The notes under the pieces were generated by a model that was not told the origin of the DNA, did no database searches, and worked only from the letters and a program-made list of their open reading frames with translations. Below, piece after piece: positions 56,601-59,600 of a DNA stretch of 64,000 nt (position 1 is its first letter; every line of letters starts with the position of its first letter). This DNA is from an uncultured Spirochaetota bacterium (GTDB lineage: Bacteria > Spirochaetota > Spirochaetia > SZUA-6 > Fen-1364), in NCBI GenBank assembly GCA_963734545.1, contig CAVTHO010000010.1, positions 64,001-128,000 on the forward strand. Direction: 5' to 3'. Made by a program: the position numbers and the translations under genes.

Positions 56601-59600
56601 GGTCCACGTTGACCCAGCCCAGGGCGTCCAGATCGCGAAGCCCCAGCTGGTCCAGCTCAACGTCGAAAGCCAGGGGAAGAGTGAGCGCCTGGGCGGCAGG
56701 ATCGTATGTGGCGGCTTCCCCCGACTTGAGGAGACCGGACGCATCCACGGCAGCCACGAAGTCCTGGAGTGTCTCGACGCCCTCGATATCGAGCTTCGAG
56801 AGCATCGCCGCTTCAAAAGCCGCGCCGAGATCAACCACCTCGGACAAGGAGCGGCCCAGGAACGGCACGGCGACGTCGAGCCCGGCGGAGCCGGCAGAGG
56901 CATCCAGCCAATCCAGGAAATCCGCGATGCCGCCAACTGCCGCGGAAAGGTCGAACCTGCCGAGGCTCGCAAGCTGGGCAAAGTCTCCGGAACCTGTGAT
57001 GGCGGGATCAGCCCCGCCGAAGAGCGTCCCGCTCACATGGATGGTCGGCCGCGCGCTCCCGCCGCCCGTGACGTCGGCCTGGTCCGCCAGTGCCGCGTAC
57101 ATCGGGAGGACAACGTCGAGGGTGTTGGCGGTGAGGCCAAAGGGATTCGACGTGACTGCGCTCGGCGTGAATACGAATTGATCTCCGCTCAGCGCAACAT
57201 CACCGCACACGTTCAGGGTCGCTGTTCCCAGGGTGCTGCCGACGCCTCGTCTCCCGACACTCGTCTCCAATGTTCCCACCCGGGCAGCGGAAAGCAGCTC
57301 CGTTGCACTCGCCCCGGAATCAATGTGCAGCCCGGTGAGGATGAACTGCGTCCCGCCGCCGGCCAGGTCCACCTGCAGCGTGAAGTCCACGTCACTGTCT
57401 CCGACAATCGGAACGGCGATTGTTCCTGTCAGGTCCAGCCCCAGTGCCTCGCCATAGCGGCTCAAGTCAAGGACAAGCTCTTCGTTCTTGATGCTCAAGT
57501 CCGTGCCGGTGAAGTGGATGCTGAGCCGGCCGTCGCTGACCCCTACAGTGATTGTCTTCGTGCTGTTGGAGAGGGTCGGGAGCCAGTTCGTTTCCAGATG
57601 GAGCTTCAAGCCGCTCAAGGTGGGCACGCCGCCCGTTGCGATGTAGTCACCGGCCGGAAGGAGACCGGCCGCGGCGCCCTCCCCGGCAGGATGCAGATAA
57701 GGTCTCAGGTAGGATTGAACGTAGTCACCGATGGACAACAGATTGTCCATCTGGGCCAGCTCGCTGAGGGAGAGACCGACCCCCGGGATCTCCCGCGTCA
57801 AAGCCTCGTCGCCGCGCGCATTTACCCCGAGGGCGGTCACGAATTGCCCCAGGGACTCGATGTACGTGGCCATCCTGGTCAGTCCTATCTCAGCCGGCCG
57901 GAACTTGACCACCAGGCTCTCGCCGACAGCCGGAATGACCTTGACGTCCGCGGAAGGCACGGCGCTGCGAACGGACAACGCAAGGGACTCGTCCTTGACC
58001 AGGACCTGGGCTACTGTTGCCCCGCCGGCTCCCCCGCTCAAGGCAGATATGAAGGACGCCTTGACGGCGGCATCGGTTACGCCAATCGTCTGGAATTCCA
58101 CGGTCAGTCCGGGCTGGGACTTGAACCCCGCAAGCTCGTCCCCCGCAGAATCGGTCTGCGCCAGGCTGCTGACTCTCAGTATCGTGGCATGGTACACCGT
58201 CGCTGCTGCTTCGAAGGCGCTGTTCAGCCAGTGCACACCGTATCCCGAAGCGCCGGCGCTCACGGTATGGCCCGACGGCGAGATGGCAACCCAACGGGGA
58301 GCGTTGACGTGGTTGAACCACTCCACGGTCAACAGGGCGTCCAGCGAAAGCCTGTACTGCGAATAGTCGGTGGGGTCAGCGGGGAAATCCAGCTGAATGC
58401 CGATGGCCCGCTGGAACGCGGCAAAAGAGGACGCTGTCAGGTCCTGGAAGATGCCGTCCACCTCGAGGAAGTTCCCCTGGTGGTCCCGGTACCCCAGGTA
58501 GTTGAGCCTTTGCTGGATCTTGGCGACCTGGAGCGGGGTCAACTGAGAGATCTGCTCCGGGCCGTCGATGGCCATGGCCCCGGTTCTGGAATCAGCCGGA
58601 CAACACGTCGAGGGGGACCCTCGTCTGGCTTTCCCCTGTCCCGTAGACTATCCAGATCCGTCCCTGGAATCCCGGGCTGCTCGCGCAATCGTCTCCGGGC
58701 AAGCCGTCCCGGACGCCGGGAGCCAGATAGAGCATTCCGCTCGTTGCGAAATCCACCGGCAGGTCCCAGTCGTTTCTGTCCGCGAAGATCACGTAGCCGA
58801 AGTTCACCGTTTGAACGGTCGCCGGATCGATCACCGTCAACGTCCAATCTCCGCGGAGCGGGTTTTCGCTCCTGGCAACGGTCACGACTTCTATGCCGCG
58901 CATCACCTCGAATGCGAGCTGCGTCTTGTCAAAGCTCGTCGCGTTCGTGCAATCCGACAGGTCGATCGGGATCATGTCGCCGGTCCGGGGGCCGTTGTCC
59001 GTGACGATCAGGCGGACACCCGGCTCAAGGGGCGCGGCCATTACGGCCAGCTCACAGCTCGCGCCAAGACCCAGCACAACGCCCATCTCGCGCATGACGA
59101 CCGAAAGCAGATCAGGGCGATCCATGGCGTCGGTCCCCTGGCTTGCCCTCAGGGCTGTTCCGAAGGGCTGGAGCGTAAACTCCAGATCGTCAGCCGGGGT
59201 TGGATCGACGAACCAGCCTGTCTGGCCGCCCCAGGGATCCAGCCTCACGCGACGGGCCGCTGCGTCTGTTGATGCAAGATCGTCGCCCAGGGCGGCGATC
59301 TGGAAAGTCACTCCCTCCAACAGCGTCCGAGGATCGGTTCCCGAAGGTCTGAAGGCACTCCACCGGTTGATGGCTTCCGCCACGATGGGGGAAAGCCTTG
59401 CGGCATTGATCGCGAACATGAGCCGCGCACACTGGATCGACGTCCCGGGGAGTTGTACGAGCTCCCCTGCAGCGTCGACTCTCACCACCTCACCCGTGCC
59501 GGGGACCCCGCCGAGGCCGGGCGCTCCGCCGCTGCAGTCGACATTCCCGCTTGTGATCGATCCGCTGTGGCTCGTCAGCGTGACCGCGCCCCCGTTCCCT

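Noticed and set aside
52800-56650. Leu-rich repeats as MshEN c-di-GMP sites or classical LRRs
   Set aside because: They lack the RLG...LxxQ spacing and Arg of MshEN and the LxxLxLxxN of LRRs, and the protein is predicted to be extracellular.
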